From IMG/VR virus record IMGVR_UViG_3300027782_000038: a stretch of 64,000 nt of DNA. One strand, 5' to 3'. Origin of the DNA: a virus. Below are positions 20,401-31,452 of the stretch, piece after piece (position 1 is the first letter of the stretch; each line of letters starts with the position of its first letter). Position numbers and translations under genes: made by a program. Below the pieces are notes generated by a model that made no database searches, was not told the origin of the DNA, and saw only the letters and a program-made list of their open reading frames with translations.

Positions 20401-23400
20401 TTCCAGCTAATCTTTCGATTGATAAAGTTCAGCATAAACGATATACGATGCAAGACATTTCAGGTCTGGAAAGTCGTATCAATCAAGTTGAATATTATAC
20501 AGCACTCAATCTATTAGAACAAAATGCACAATCATTGCAGATTTCAGATGCACTAGGATTGAATCGTTTCAAAAATGGTATTTTGGTAGATGACTTCTCA
20601 AGTTATGCGGCAGCAGATACACTTAACCGTGACTATTTTGCCACCATTAACAAAAGAACAAGACAAATGACCGCAAGTCAAAATGTTAATAATTTCCCAT
20701 TGAAATCATTATTACAAGCATACAATATGGGAGCATTGGTTCCTTCGGCAGCAGCGGCACAAAATATTGCAATCAATCAAGATGGTTATGTTAGTTATTT
20801 TACACTACCATATACCACATCAAATGTGATCACACAAAAAATTGCCAGCAGAGATACAAATATAAATCCATTTGCTATCCCTAGGTCTGAGGGTGTGATT
20901 CAATTAACACCAAATACAGACAACTGGGTAGATAAAGACTATGCGCCAGCATTACTGATCACGGACCCAAACTTACAAGTCTATAGAGCGTCTAATAGCG
21001 TTAACATATTGAGCGTTGGTGATTGGCAAACTATTTCATCCACAAGCACATCCGTTTCCTCATCATCACAATCATCATCTAGTACACAACAAGAAAATCA
21101 TAACTGGTCACAAGATTGGGGATTTGGTGCAGGTATTGGTGTTCAGTCAGATTCAACAACTACAACTACAACAACATTTACATCAACATCATCATTACAA
21201 AGTCAAAATAATATATTAGGTCCATACAGTAGAATTGGCAATACCTATGCACTTAATAATGGATACATTACCGATATTAGTATTTTGCCTTGGATTAGAC
21301 CACAACAAGTTGTTGCTAGAACAAAGGGACTTTTGGTTAATACTACATTACATACGACATTTGACGGTATTGATGTTGATAGATATGTAAGAAATCCAAA
21401 TATTATTGAATTGACAAATGTGAATTTGAGTAATGGTGGATTCAAAGAAGATGATGTGATTGGTTATTATACAGGTGGTGCATTTAAGAGTACAGCAAGA
21501 GTTGTCGGTGTTTATGTATATCCTAACACAGTCAATTCAATAACACAAACCGCAAACACAAGATTATATGTTGCTGCTGATGGTTATTCATCAACATATT
21601 CAACTACAGGTGTTATTCAAAATGCTTTATTTAATGCATCTGGCGTTTATCAATCAAATACTGCGGCAGGTACAATAGTTTCAACAAAGCACGTTGCTGC
21701 TGTAGTTAAGGGTGTTTCTGGAAATACAATAACACTCTCACCATTGTCATCTTCAACTGACATTTATACAGGTAATACAATTCAAATCACCGCAGGTGTT
21801 GGTAGTGGTCAGTCGTATATTATCAACTCTTATAACGTAGCAACAAAAAATGTAACAGTTACCTCAGCATCAGTATCGTGTGCAAACGGAGACTTTTATT
21901 CGGTTGGTGGATTCAAATCAGATGAAACTGGTAGTTTCTATGGTATATTGAATATACCTCCAAATGCTTTTCATACAGGCGAGAGAGTATTCCGTGTTGA
22001 CAATAACACAAACGGAAATGCAAATACAGCGACAACTTATGCTCAAAGTACTTTCTATGCATCTGGATTATCTACAAAAGTTCAAGAAATTGATTTTGGT
22101 GCATCTCCATCTGGCGCAAAAGGAACTTTCACAAGAACACAACAAAGAACTGTTGTAAGTACATCCGTATCTGTAAGTGAAGATACTTTTTCATCATTGT
22201 CACCATACGATCCAGTTGCACAAACATTTATGGTTGATGTTGAAAATTATCCCAATGGTGTATTTTTGAGCGACATTAAAGTTTTCTTCAGATCAAAACC
22301 AACAATTGTTAATTCACCAGTTACATTATCAATTGTTGGAACATTAAATGGTTATCCAAATGGTTTAACTTTAGACCATTCTGTAGTAACATTAACTCCA
22401 GATCAAATTAAAACATCTGAGAATCCACATTATTTGGATAACACAACATATACTCAATTTAAGTTTGCTGTTCCTGTATATATTCAACCAGATGTAATGT
22501 ATGCATTCATTCTCAGATCATCGAGTAATGAATATACGATGTGGACTGCGGCTAATGGCGATACAGCAATTCCATCGTCTGTTAAAAACTTACCGACAGA
22601 TCCAACTCCAACAACAATCACTAAGATTTCTACTCCTCCATATACAGGTTCTTTGTTTATATCACAGAACTCACAAACATGGACAGCGGAACAAAATCAA
22701 GGATTGATGTTTACTGTTGATAGATGTGTGTTCAATACATCAGTGACACCAAGCATTCAGTTTGTTGTTCCTAATGGATTGCCACAAAGATCAATGATTG
22801 ATACTTCAATTGCTTATTTTGAAAATTCAAATGTGACATCCAATGCAGTAACTACAGTAACAAGATCAAACGTTGTGGCTGATGCTTTTAATATCACAAC
22901 AACAGATTTCTTACCAAGCACAACAGGTATTGGATATTCTTACAATTCAACATTGGCTTCTGGTTCGGCAGCAGGACTAAGAAATGTTAATCCAGGTAAA
23001 TATGCCACATCAATGTCTGATAACATATATCTGAGTGATGGATTAGGTGAACGTATACTTGCTGCAAATTCAAATACCTCGTTCTCGTTATATGCACAAT
23101 TATCATCAGTTGATCCTGCTGTAAGTCCAATCATTTCTGATGCAGGATTGTCGGTTTATTCTATTCAATGGAATATCAATAACTGTGAATTGTCAAATAG
23201 TTTAATTACTATTGTTAATGGTGGCACTGGTTATGCAAATGGTAATGTAATAACTGCCAACGTAGTTGTTTCGGCACCAACAGGAAGAAATGGTGAGCAA
23301 GCATATGCTATAGCTAACGTGGTGAATAATGCAGTTTCTAGTGTAACGTTCACTTCAGTCGGTTCTGGGTATGTTACAACACCAACAATCACTATACTGG

Positions 23401-23882
23401 GAAGTAACACATCAAGGGCTAATATTATAATTACTGGTGAAACTTCTAGTTCTGGTGGTCCTGCTATAGCTAAATATATGACAAAGAAAGTTGTGTTAAA
23501 TGCTGGATTTGATTCTGGTGACTTAAATGTGTATATGACAGCATATCGTCCTATTAACACAGATATCCTTGTTTACTACAAAATATTAAGTAGAACAGAT
23601 ACACAAAGTTTCGATGATGGTAGTTGGCAATTAATGACCATGACAAACAGTTCTGATACACTATATTCGCAAACAAGATCAAACTTGTATGAATATACTT
23701 TCTCACCAGGAACAAATGGTGTAGATCAGGGTTATGTTTCTTACACTAGCACGAATGGTCAATCATATACAAACTTCAGTCAATTCGCAATCAAAATTGT
23801 ACTAACATCAACTGATCATACATATACACCTTTCTTAACGGATTTAAGATGTATTGCTTTACCTTCAAATACTAATTTATAG
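17478..23882 (+). CDS. large baseplate/tail protein, VrlC / DUF4815-like
   Basis: NVDPYYDDFD..KNYHRVLFKPG.AVQARELTQ.Q, APGADR, KRYTM.DI..LE.RI..VEYYT.L, RFKNG.LVDDF, DPVAQTF. Confidence 0.85.
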   Translation: MPLNFNVDPYYDDFDPAKNYHRVLFKPGFAVQARELTQAQTILQDQITKFADNIFKQNSPVTGGQVTTNLNCNYIKLQSTYNNSSIDVTDFLGKLVQDATGTILARVIAVAAPTGTEGVGDPPTLIVSYTSGEHFSDSDVIYDTGSNLAAQAVILDATGQSSVVSIAQGVFYISSNYTRSDGIVISNGTFVQVNPQTTILSKYSKLPSLRVGLNITETIRDYVDDTSLLDPAIGASNYQAPGADRYLISLALETRPLSLGDDDGFIELLRITGGNIAKLVDGSVYNVIDDYFAKRDYETNGDYVVQDFKLTPRTNSADSSNNTYLMSIGKGLAYVHGYRTENPDQVDLLTNRARTTESQGNNPIFMNYGSYFYVNTVRGANGSSGLSNTTTTQTIDLHCVPVANVNVASAIAYSSTLVGSGYIRGLVYDTNTTDAANTFVYKAYVYNVQNNTLTGNAVSATANTITLPSTFSVANSAYVGVDISITSGTDAGDFKTITAYNGVTKTATVNANWIATPDTSSNFALNFGIKDVDILMTATKSSYPALITGTASIDPISRVGGISAGATVLQNPITPELIFPLGNPYVSNLTDTSYTTTRVFKGVSFSGSPTVTGTLSLSSYSGAIKHIGSGVLSPSTVKQNFTVIVTNAGTSTFAVGDLVNWSTTGRTVTITSGATTSVADMSVATSAIGGGFTADVIVTVQVLNGDNTSYVLKNKNLVNANTTVVNVSGTTVNTNIFIDQTLGQVYITKAGLVSPGLKQSLYISDVKNVIKIIDTRSANTSANVAMLTNPSHDITNNYIFDNGQRDNFYDHATLTLRSGAPQPIGNILVLMNFYQHSSTVGGYFSKMSYIDIATSPENYNQIPRYTSTNGTTYTLRDCVDFRPTRTNATTAFAFDSGDVAFLPIDGSTFIGDYAYYLGRKDLLVLTKDKSFNIIQGAPSLQPILPPTPDGALLVANLNLDPYTAYLPSEVPNSGLPANLSIDKVQHKRYTMQDISGLESRINQVEYYTALNLLEQNAQSLQISDALGLNRFKNGILVDDFSSYAAADTLNRDYFATINKRTRQMTASQNVNNFPLKSLLQAYNMGALVPSAAAAQNIAINQDGYVSYFTLPYTTSNVITQKIASRDTNINPFAIPRSEGVIQLTPNTDNWVDKDYAPALLITDPNLQVYRASNSVNILSVGDWQTISSTSTSVSSSSQSSSSTQQENHNWSQDWGFGAGIGVQSDSTTTTTTTFTSTSSLQSQNNILGPYSRIGNTYALNNGYITDISILPWIRPQQVVARTKGLLVNTTLHTTFDGIDVDRYVRNPNIIELTNVNLSNGGFKEDDVIGYYTGGAFKSTARVVGVYVYPNTVNSITQTANTRLYVAADGYSSTYSTTGVIQNALFNASGVYQSNTAAGTIVSTKHVAAVVKGVSGNTITLSPLSSSTDIYTGNTIQITAGVGSGQSYIINSYNVATKNVTVTSASVSCANGDFYSVGGFKSDETGSFYGILNIPPNAFHTGERVFRVDNNTNGNANTATTYAQSTFYASGLSTKVQEIDFGASPSGAKGTFTRTQQRTVVSTSVSVSEDTFSSLSPYDPVAQTFMVDVENYPNGVFLSDIKVFFRSKPTIVNSPVTLSIVGTLNGYPNGLTLDHSVVTLTPDQIKTSENPHYLDNTTYTQFKFAVPVYIQPDVMYAFILRSSSNEYTMWTAANGDTAIPSSVKNLPTDPTPTTITKISTPPYTGSLFISQNSQTWTAEQNQGLMFTVDRCVFNTSVTPSIQFVVPNGLPQRSMIDTSIAYFENSNVTSNAVTTVTRSNVVADAFNITTTDFLPSTTGIGYSYNSTLASGSAAGLRNVNPGKYATSMSDNIYLSDGLGERILAANSNTSFSLYAQLSSVDPAVSPIISDAGLSVYSIQWNINNCELSNSLITIVNGGTGYANGNVITANVVVSAPTGRNGEQAYAIANVVNNAVSSVTFTSVGSGYVTTPTITILGSNTSRANIIITGETSSSGGPAIAKYMTKKVVLNAGFDSGDLNVYMTAYRPINTDILVYYKILSRTDTQSFDDGSWQLMTMTNSSDTLYSQTRSNLYEYTFSPGTNGVDQGYVSYTSTNGQSYTNFSQFAIKIVLTSTDHTYTPFLTDLRCIALPSNTNL

Positions 23883-23889
23883 GTTAATT

Positions 23890-24111
23890 ATGGCATTAGT
23901 TCAAGTTAAAGGTACAACTTTCTACCGTGATACAGAATCCATGGGTCTCGTTAATAGAGACCGCAGTGGGTTGGATGATTACAATATGAAGCGCAAGATG
24001 TTGATCACTCAAAAAGATGAAATAAATAGAGTTAAGACGGAAATCGACAGCTTAAAACAAGATATGGTAGAAATAAAACAACTCCTGTTAAAACTAATGG
24101 ATAAAGAATAA
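23890..24111 (+). CDS. small coiled-coil protein following the VrlC-like gene
   Basis: Likely start is ATG 23890 (MALVQVKGTTFYRD..), with AGGT upstream; C-terminal heptads. Confidence 0.75.
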   Translation: MALVQVKGTTFYRDTESMGLVNRDRSGLDDYNMKRKMLITQKDEINRVKTEIDSLKQDMVEIKQLLLKLMDKE

Positions 24112-27100
24112 TGGCAAATACAGTCTCAAGTCTAAGTTTCGCTAACACCTTTGGTGATTGGGTTGTTTTGACCAATTCTCTGGCAAAAGAGAATAACGAT
24201 TTTGCAGCAAATAATTTTACAAAACCAATAGGTACACTATATCTAAATGATCCTACTTTAGGTCTACAAGTCGCAAATAATGCAATTGTTGCTGGTCAAC
24301 TTCAAGTTCAAGGAACTGGTTCATCGGCATATGTACAAAACGACTTCAGAGTTGATCGACAAGTATCATTTCAGAACACAGCATTAAGTTTAACAACATT
24401 TGGTCAAGCGAACATTGGTGGACCATTACTCGCATTAGGATCTAATACAGGTCTTACTGTATCAAATACTGCAAACATTGGTGGTATTATAAATGTTACT
24501 GGTGCAACTAGATTGGGTAATACCTTATCTGTTGTTGCAAACGCAACTTTTGCTAACTCAGCAACAATTACTAATAGTACGATAACAAACCAAGTACAGG
24601 CTAATACTGGTGTCAATACTGCAACTTTAGTTGTTACAGGAACTTCATATACCAATCAATTACAGGCTAATACTGGTGTCAATACTGCAACTTTAGTTGT
24701 TACAGGAACTTCATATACCAATCAATTACAGGCTAATACTGGTGTCAATACTGCAACTTTAGTTGTTACAGGAACTTCATATACTAACCAATTACAAGCT
24801 AATACTTCAACAAATACTTCACTTGCAACAGCAAATACATTGAATGTTATTGGAACTGGATATTTTAGTGTTTTACAATCCAATACCTCAACAAATACTG
24901 TTCTAGCTACAGCCAATACACTGAATGTTATTGGTATGGGTTATATTAACCAATTACAATCCAATACTTCAACAAATACTGTTCTATCTACAGCCAATAC
25001 ACTGAATGTTATTGGAACAAGTTATACTAATGCAATCCAAGCTAATACATCATCAAATACAAGTTTAGCTACAGCCAATACACTGAATGTTATTGGTGTG
25101 GGTTATATTAACCAATTACAATCCAATACCTCAACAAATACAAGTTTAGCTACCGCTAATACGTTGAATGTTATTGGAACAAGTTATACTAATGCAATCC
25201 AAGCTAATACATCATCAAATACAGGATTAGCTACCGCTAATACGTTGAATGTTATTGGAACTGGTTTTTTCAATCAAGTACAAGCTAATACATCATCAAA
25301 TACAGGATTAGCTACCGCTAATACGTTGAATGTTATTGGAACTGGTTTTTTCAATCAAGTACAAGCTAATACATCATCAAATACAGGATTAGCTACAGCC
25401 AATACACTGAATGTTATTGGTGTGGGTTATATTAACCAATTACAATCCAATACCTCAACAAATACTTCTTTATCAACAGCCAATACATTAAATGTTATTG
25501 GTGTGGGTTATATTAACCAATTACAATCCAATACCTCAACAAATACTGTTCTAGCTACAGCTAATACGTTAAACGTTATTGGAACTGGATTTTTAAATCG
25601 TGTACAAGCCAATACTTCAACAAATACAAGTTTATCAACCGCTAATACATTAAATGTTATTGGAACTGGATTTTTAAATCAAGTACAAGCTAATACATCA
25701 TCAAATACAGGATTAGCTACAGCCAATACATTAAATGTTATTGGAACTGGATTTTTCAATCAAGTACAAGCTAACACTTCTGTTAACACATCATCAATTA
25801 CAGTTTCTAATAACGTTGCGACAAATAATGTAGTTTCAAATACTGTATATGTTACTGGAAACATCACTACTGCTAATATTGTTACAACTGCAACAATTTC
25901 AACAGCAAACTTATTTGTAACGAATAACGTCAATACGGGTAATGTCAATACAACAAATACTGTATATGCATCTAATGTTGTTGTTACTGGAACTAATGCA
26001 ACAATAACTGCGCCTTCAATAACAACATCAGGTCCAGCAACAATTGGTGGGGCTTTAACAGCATCCTCAGCAACGGTTACAGGAAGTTTTATTATAACAG
26101 GAAGTACGGTCTATAATTCACCATCATTTACTGTGAATTTAAACGGTGCGACAAGTGGAACAGCAAATTCAGAGTATTCTGTTTATAGACCATTGAGTGC
26201 ATCAGATATAGTAGTCGGTGGTAGATATATCATCATTAGTAATACTGCAACTAGTGGATCTAATAACTTTACAGGAATTGGTGCATCAAGTAATGCAAAT
26301 GGTACAATATTTACAGCAAACGGTACACTTACAGCAAACGGTGTAATTGTAGCATCTAATGCATCATTACTGTGGTACGAATCTGGTGATTATTGGACAG
26401 TTAAAGATGTAAACGTAGCAAACACATTCTATCGAATATTAGATTCGGGTATGTTGTCCGATAGTGTATTGTCTACATCATCAAATGTTGCAACATCAAA
26501 ATCAGTAAATACTGCATACTCGTTTACTCAAACCATTGCAACTCAAGCAAATACATATTCAACTAGTATTTCTGTAGGAATTGGTACCCAAGCAAATACA
26601 TATGCTGATTCAGTTGGTACTAGATCAAATACTTTTGCTATAACAATTGGTACTCAAGCAAATAGTTTTGCTATAACAATTGGTACTCAAGCAAATACAT
26701 ATTCTGATTCAGTTGGTACTAAATCAAATACCTATGCACAATCTATTGGATCACAAGCTAATACATACTCTACAAGTATCTCTGTAGGGATTGGTACTCA
26801 AGCAAATACATATGCTGATTCAGTTGGTACTAAATCAAATACTTTTGCTATAACAATTGGTACTCAAGCCAATACATATGCTGATTCAGTTGGTACTAAA
26901 TCAAATACATATGCACAATCTATTGGATCACAAGCAAATAGTTTTGCAACTATCATTGGTACCCAAGCAAATACATATTCTACAAGTATCTCTGTAGGAA
27001 TTGGTAATCAAGCCAATACATATGCTAATACAGTTGGTACTAGATCAAATACCTATGCACAATCTATTGGATCACAAGCAAATAGTTTTGCTATAACAAT

Positions 27101-28217
27101 TGGTACTCAAGCAAATACATATTCAACTAGTATTTCTGTAGGGATTGGTACTCAAGCAAATACATATGCTGATTCAGTTGGTACTAAATCAAATACTTTT
27201 GCTATAACAATTGGTACTCAAGCCAATACCTATGCACAATCCATTGGATCACAAGCAAATACATATTCAACTAGTATCTCTGTAGGAATTGGTAATCAAT
27301 CCAATACCTATGCACAATCCATTGGATCACAAGCAAATACATATTCAACTAGTATTTCTGTAGGGATTGGTACTCAAGCAAATACTTTTGCTATAACTAT
27401 TGGTACTCAAGCAAATACATATGCTGATACAGTTGGTACTAGATCAAATACTTTTGCTATAACTATTGGTACTCAAGCAAATACATATGCTGATTCAGTT
27501 GGTACTAAATCAAATACTTTTGCTATAACAATTGGTACTCAAGCCAACACATATTCAGATTCAGTTGGTATTAAATCTAATACATATGCACAATCTATTG
27601 GTACCCAAGCAAATACATACTCAACTAGTATTGCTGTAGGAATTGGTAATCAAGCTAATACATTTTCTACAAATTACACAAATACAGCTAATGCATTTCT
27701 ACAAATATTTGCAGCAAATGCAACATTATTAACTACTGGAACTATACCTTCCGCTAGATTACCATCATCTGGAGTAACTGCCGGAACATATGGTGGACCA
27801 AACGGAAGCAATACAGCCATGTCAATAGTTGTAGATGCAACAGGACGTGTTACAGCAGCATCTAATGTCACAATCATTCCAACATCACTTATTGGTACTG
27901 GATATTCACCTAATATTAACTTAACTGATGCTGCAACCATCACTTGGGACACATCATCAGGTCAAGTTGCCACATTTACGTTTGTATCAACCAATCGCAC
28001 AATAGGCGCACCGACTAACCTAAGTAACGGTGCATTCTATGCTTTGGCTGTGATTCAAAACGGTGGATCAAACACCTTGACTTGGAACTCAGTATTTAAG
28101 TGGGCGGCGGGTGTTGCACCTACACTCTCAACTGATGCGGGTGCAAAAGACTACTTCACATTCCGATCTGACGGTACAAACTTGTATCAGCAGGGCATTG
28201 CACAGGGGGTGGCATAA
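24111..28217 (+). CDS. long repeat-rich tail fibre (1368 aa)
   Basis: N-terminal ANTFGDWV..TN motif; 22-, 27- and 11/15-aa repeats; C-terminal domain shared with the 3100-aa fibre. Confidence 0.8.
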   Translation: MANTVSSLSFANTFGDWVVLTNSLAKENNDFAANNFTKPIGTLYLNDPTLGLQVANNAIVAGQLQVQGTGSSAYVQNDFRVDRQVSFQNTALSLTTFGQANIGGPLLALGSNTGLTVSNTANIGGIINVTGATRLGNTLSVVANATFANSATITNSTITNQVQANTGVNTATLVVTGTSYTNQLQANTGVNTATLVVTGTSYTNQLQANTGVNTATLVVTGTSYTNQLQANTSTNTSLATANTLNVIGTGYFSVLQSNTSTNTVLATANTLNVIGMGYINQLQSNTSTNTVLSTANTLNVIGTSYTNAIQANTSSNTSLATANTLNVIGVGYINQLQSNTSTNTSLATANTLNVIGTSYTNAIQANTSSNTGLATANTLNVIGTGFFNQVQANTSSNTGLATANTLNVIGTGFFNQVQANTSSNTGLATANTLNVIGVGYINQLQSNTSTNTSLSTANTLNVIGVGYINQLQSNTSTNTVLATANTLNVIGTGFLNRVQANTSTNTSLSTANTLNVIGTGFLNQVQANTSSNTGLATANTLNVIGTGFFNQVQANTSVNTSSITVSNNVATNNVVSNTVYVTGNITTANIVTTATISTANLFVTNNVNTGNVNTTNTVYASNVVVTGTNATITAPSITTSGPATIGGALTASSATVTGSFIITGSTVYNSPSFTVNLNGATSGTANSEYSVYRPLSASDIVVGGRYIIISNTATSGSNNFTGIGASSNANGTIFTANGTLTANGVIVASNASLLWYESGDYWTVKDVNVANTFYRILDSGMLSDSVLSTSSNVATSKSVNTAYSFTQTIATQANTYSTSISVGIGTQANTYADSVGTRSNTFAITIGTQANSFAITIGTQANTYSDSVGTKSNTYAQSIGSQANTYSTSISVGIGTQANTYADSVGTKSNTFAITIGTQANTYADSVGTKSNTYAQSIGSQANSFATIIGTQANTYSTSISVGIGNQANTYANTVGTRSNTYAQSIGSQANSFAITIGTQANTYSTSISVGIGTQANTYADSVGTKSNTFAITIGTQANTYAQSIGSQANTYSTSISVGIGNQSNTYAQSIGSQANTYSTSISVGIGTQANTFAITIGTQANTYADTVGTRSNTFAITIGTQANTYADSVGTKSNTFAITIGTQANTYSDSVGIKSNTYAQSIGTQANTYSTSIAVGIGNQANTFSTNYTNTANAFLQIFAANATLLTTGTIPSARLPSSGVTAGTYGGPNGSNTAMSIVVDATGRVTAASNVTIIPTSLIGTGYSPNINLTDAATITWDTSSGQVATFTFVSTNRTIGAPTNLSNGAFYALAVIQNGGSNTLTWNSVFKWAAGVAPTLSTDAGAKDYFTFRSDGTNLYQQGIAQGVA
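24590..25775 (+). repeat. coding tandem repeats: three 66-nt units, then about twelve 81-nt units
   Basis: QANTGVNTATLVVTGTSYTNQL x3, then QANTSSNTGLATANTLNVIGTGFFNQV-like units. Confidence 0.9.
26530..27665 (+). repeat. coding repeats of 33-nt and 45-nt units (11/15 aa)
   Basis: IGTQANTYADS / VGTKSNTFAIT / IGSQANTYSTSISVG, shuffled in mosaic order. Confidence 0.9.
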
Positions 28218-30526
28218 TGTTTCCAATCATGGCGGGTAGCAGCCGTACAGGATACAACCTTACACGCTCGCTTAGAACAAGGGCGAGTGCTAGTGCTTCG
28301 TTAAACCGTACTCCAGCAAGTGCAGGTAATCGTCAAAAATTCACGCTTAGTTTTTGGACTAAGCGAGGGGCTTTTATTAGCTCTGACTTTGCCATGCTGT
28401 TTTATAGCTATGCATCTACATCAGATTATTTTGGGATTTCGTTTGACAGTCTTGCCCGTTTAAATATTTTTGATGCTTTAGGTGGTCTGTCTTTAACGAC
28501 AACTACCGTATATCGTGACCCAGCATCTTGGTATCATTTTGTTATTGCAATTGACACAACCCAAGCAACCAACACAGACAGAGCAAGAATTTATGTAAAC
28601 AATGTTCGAGTCGTGGATTTGGCGATTGAAACATACCCAGCACAAAATACTAATTTAAATTACAACAACGCAATCATTCATAGAATTGCGGCTTCTGATT
28701 ATCCGTCATTTCCACGATATTACGATGGGTACATGACTGAAATAAATTTTGTTAACGCTTTGCAACTTACTCCATCATCCTTCGGCTCAACCAACGCTCT
28801 CACAGGCGTATGGCAACACGCACGATACACAGGCACATACGGTACAAACGGGTTCTATTTACCGTTTACCGACAACTCTGCGCTGACCACAAGCAGCAAC
28901 GTAGGCTTGGGGCGTGACTATTCAGGCAATGGTAATTATTGGGTGACAAACAACATTAGCATCACGGCTGGTGTGACGTATGACTCTATGACGGATGTGC
29001 CTACGTTGACTGGTGATAGAGCGGCTAACTTTGCTGTGTTGAATCCAATTGCGCCAAACTTAGCTGGCACACCTACAATTTCAAACGCAAACTTGTTTGT
29101 TAATTGTGCCAGTGCGTCAAACTTTAGCGCAGTGCCTGCAACCATTCTTTTGCCTACAACAGGCAAATGGTATGCGGAATTTACTGCGATATACGTTGAT
29201 GGCTCAACTTCTATATTAGATGTAGGCTTGCTTAGTTCTAATGACTTTCCTACGCCATCAGGTGTTATTGGTGGCAGCGCAACAAGTTATTCGTACAGGA
29301 ATACTGGGTCAAAAATTAACAGCGGTGCTGCAACAGCGTATGGCGCAAGTTATGTTATTGGCGACACAATTTCAATTGCATTTGATGCTACTGCAGGAAC
29401 ACTTACGTTTTACAAAAACAACGTAAGTCAAGGTGTTGCATTTAGTGGATTAACTTTGCAATATTTTTTTGCCGTAGGGGGGTTTAATTTTGCTCAATGG
29501 CAATGTAATTTTGGTCAACGCCCATTCACCTACACACCACCATCAGGATTTGTTGCTCTTAATACATTCAACTTGCCCAACAGCACCATCGTCAAGGGTA
29601 GCGATCACATGAACATCGCACTTGCGAGAGGCGCAGATATTAAAGCTACGACTGAGGCTTTGTTTACAGGACAGTTCCTAGAGTGGATTAAGGACAGAAT
29701 AAACGTAAATAACCATCAACTACTAGATAGTGTGCGTGGTTTGTCGGCGGTATTGCAATCCAACACCACGGCAGCCGAAACAACCTACACAACACCTAGC
29801 GGCAGTTCTGTTGGTTGGGCGTGGAAGGCAGGGGCATCGGCAGTATCAAACACCAATGGCACAATCACATCACAAGTGAGTGTTAATGCTAGTGCAGGGT
29901 TTTCAATTGTGACTTATACGGGTACGGGTGCTAATGCAACTATTGGGCATGGTCTTGGTGTTTCGCCAGAATTTATTATTGTTAAATCTAGAAGCGGTGT
30001 GCTAGATTGGCGGGTGTGGCACATAATCAACCCAGCCACTCGTTATTTATCGTTAAATTTAAGTGATGCAGCAGCGGTTTCGGCTGAGACTTGGAATAGC
30101 ACATTACCAACATCGTCTGTATTTTCTGTAGGTACAGCACTAAATGTTAATAATTCTGGTTCATTATATGTAGCATATTGCTGGACACCAATATCCGGAT
30201 ACAGTAAATTTGGTAGTTACACGGGAAATGGAAGTTCTGATGGACCTTTTGTGTACACAGGATTTTTACCTAAATGGATACTTATTAAAATGTTAGGGGT
30301 AGATAACTGGATTTTGCATGACACAAAACGTAATCCCTATAACACCATGACAAGTAGTTTGTACCCTAACCTTACCAATGCTGAAGATCAGTCTTGGTAC
30401 GTTGACGCATTATCAAACGGTTTTAAAATACGATCAGGTGGCTCAACAGCAATGAACACTAACGGTGTAAATTACATATACATGGCTTTTGCCGAAAACC
30501 CATTCAAAAATAGTTTAGCGAGGTAG
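28217..30526 (+). CDS. LamG/ConA-like lectin plus SPRY-domain protein, candidate receptor-binding protein
   Basis: YRDPASWYHFVIAIDTT, YGTNGFYLPF, TGKWYAEF..AFDATAGTLTFYKN (SPRY), AGFSIVTYTGTG..HGLG, YIYMAFAE.PFK; more GC-rich codons than its neighbours. Confidence 0.8.
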   Translation: MFPIMAGSSRTGYNLTRSLRTRASASASLNRTPASAGNRQKFTLSFWTKRGAFISSDFAMLFYSYASTSDYFGISFDSLARLNIFDALGGLSLTTTTVYRDPASWYHFVIAIDTTQATNTDRARIYVNNVRVVDLAIETYPAQNTNLNYNNAIIHRIAASDYPSFPRYYDGYMTEINFVNALQLTPSSFGSTNALTGVWQHARYTGTYGTNGFYLPFTDNSALTTSSNVGLGRDYSGNGNYWVTNNISITAGVTYDSMTDVPTLTGDRAANFAVLNPIAPNLAGTPTISNANLFVNCASASNFSAVPATILLPTTGKWYAEFTAIYVDGSTSILDVGLLSSNDFPTPSGVIGGSATSYSYRNTGSKINSGAATAYGASYVIGDTISIAFDATAGTLTFYKNNVSQGVAFSGLTLQYFFAVGGFNFAQWQCNFGQRPFTYTPPSGFVALNTFNLPNSTIVKGSDHMNIALARGADIKATTEALFTGQFLEWIKDRINVNNHQLLDSVRGLSAVLQSNTTAAETTYTTPSGSSVGWAWKAGASAVSNTNGTITSQVSVNASAGFSIVTYTGTGANATIGHGLGVSPEFIIVKSRSGVLDWRVWHIINPATRYLSLNLSDAAAVSAETWNSTLPTSSVFSVGTALNVNNSGSLYVAYCWTPISGYSKFGSYTGNGSSDGPFVYTGFLPKWILIKMLGVDNWILHDTKRNPYNTMTSSLYPNLTNAEDQSWYVDALSNGFKIRSGGSTAMNTNGVNYIYMAFAENPFKNSLAR

Positions 30527-30528
30527 TT

Positions 30529-31032
30529 ATGTTTGCAATCATTTCCAACGGCGATATCGCCTTATTTGTACCAACCAACACAGCCTTTGAGTGGGATTCA
30601 ATCCAATATCCTGCTAACTGGTGTAACCTGTCTAGTCCGGAAGAAAAGGCAGCTATAGGTATGGTCGATGTGATCTACGGTCAGTATCCTAACGATCAAT
30701 ACTACTGGGTATCACAAAATGAACCCATTTATGCTAATGGTGTAGTAACCATTAACTATACAACTACACCTAAAAATTTAGATGCGTGTAAAACAAACTT
30801 AATAAATTTAACAAACACAACAGCATATACATTACTATTACCATCGGATTGGATGGTAGTAAAATCATTTGAAACTGGTCAAACAATGAATACAGATTGG
30901 AGTGTATGGAGACAGACAATTCGTAATCAAGCAGGAGATTATATCACTTCAGTTAAATTATGTAAAACGATTAATGAACTTGAATTACTTCCTCCAGTGA
31001 TATGGGAAAAAGATCCAAATTATACAAATTAA
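30529..31032 (+). CDS. tail fibre assembly/accessory protein
   Basis: QYPANW..S.EEKAAIG, LLLPSDWMVV, WRQTIR (Tfa-like C-terminus). Confidence 0.6.
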   Translation: MFAIISNGDIALFVPTNTAFEWDSIQYPANWCNLSSPEEKAAIGMVDVIYGQYPNDQYYWVSQNEPIYANGVVTINYTTTPKNLDACKTNLINLTNTTAYTLLLPSDWMVVKSFETGQTMNTDWSVWRQTIRNQAGDYITSVKLCKTINELELLPPVIWEKDPNYTN

Positions 31033-31098
31033 ATTATTAATTCAAATGACTAAAAAATGATCGCAAATAAAATAACACAATAACAATAGGATACGATT

Positions 31099-31452
31099 AT
31101 GCCAGCAGGATACAGTAATTTATATCTTAATCAGAATGAAACATTCATTTCACAGTTAACATTAACTGATTCTAACGGTGTTCCTTATAACTTAACTAGT
31201 TTTAACATAGCTAGTGCTGCTAGACGGTCCTACTATTCTGCAAATGCCACAATCAATTTTGTGGTTTCTATCATTAATGCTAATAATGGTATTGTTCAAT
31301 TGTCAGCCAACGCAGCAACAACAGCAAATGTACCTGCGGGTAATTTAGTATACGATGTACTAATTCGTAATACAACATCAAATAATATAACAAGAGTACT
31401 GGAAGGACAAATTTTTGTTTCGCCAGGAGTTACCTCTGTTAGTTCCGTATAA
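31099..31452 (+). CDS. small fibre adaptor protein (BppU-N-like Ig fold)
   Basis: NLYLNQ..F, GIVQLS..A.TT.N..AG..VYDV, RVLEG.I.VSPGVT; sits directly before the giant fibre. Confidence 0.6.
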   Translation: MPAGYSNLYLNQNETFISQLTLTDSNGVPYNLTSFNIASAARRSYYSANATINFVVSIINANNGIVQLSANAATTANVPAGNLVYDVLIRNTTSNNITRVLEGQIFVSPGVTSVSSV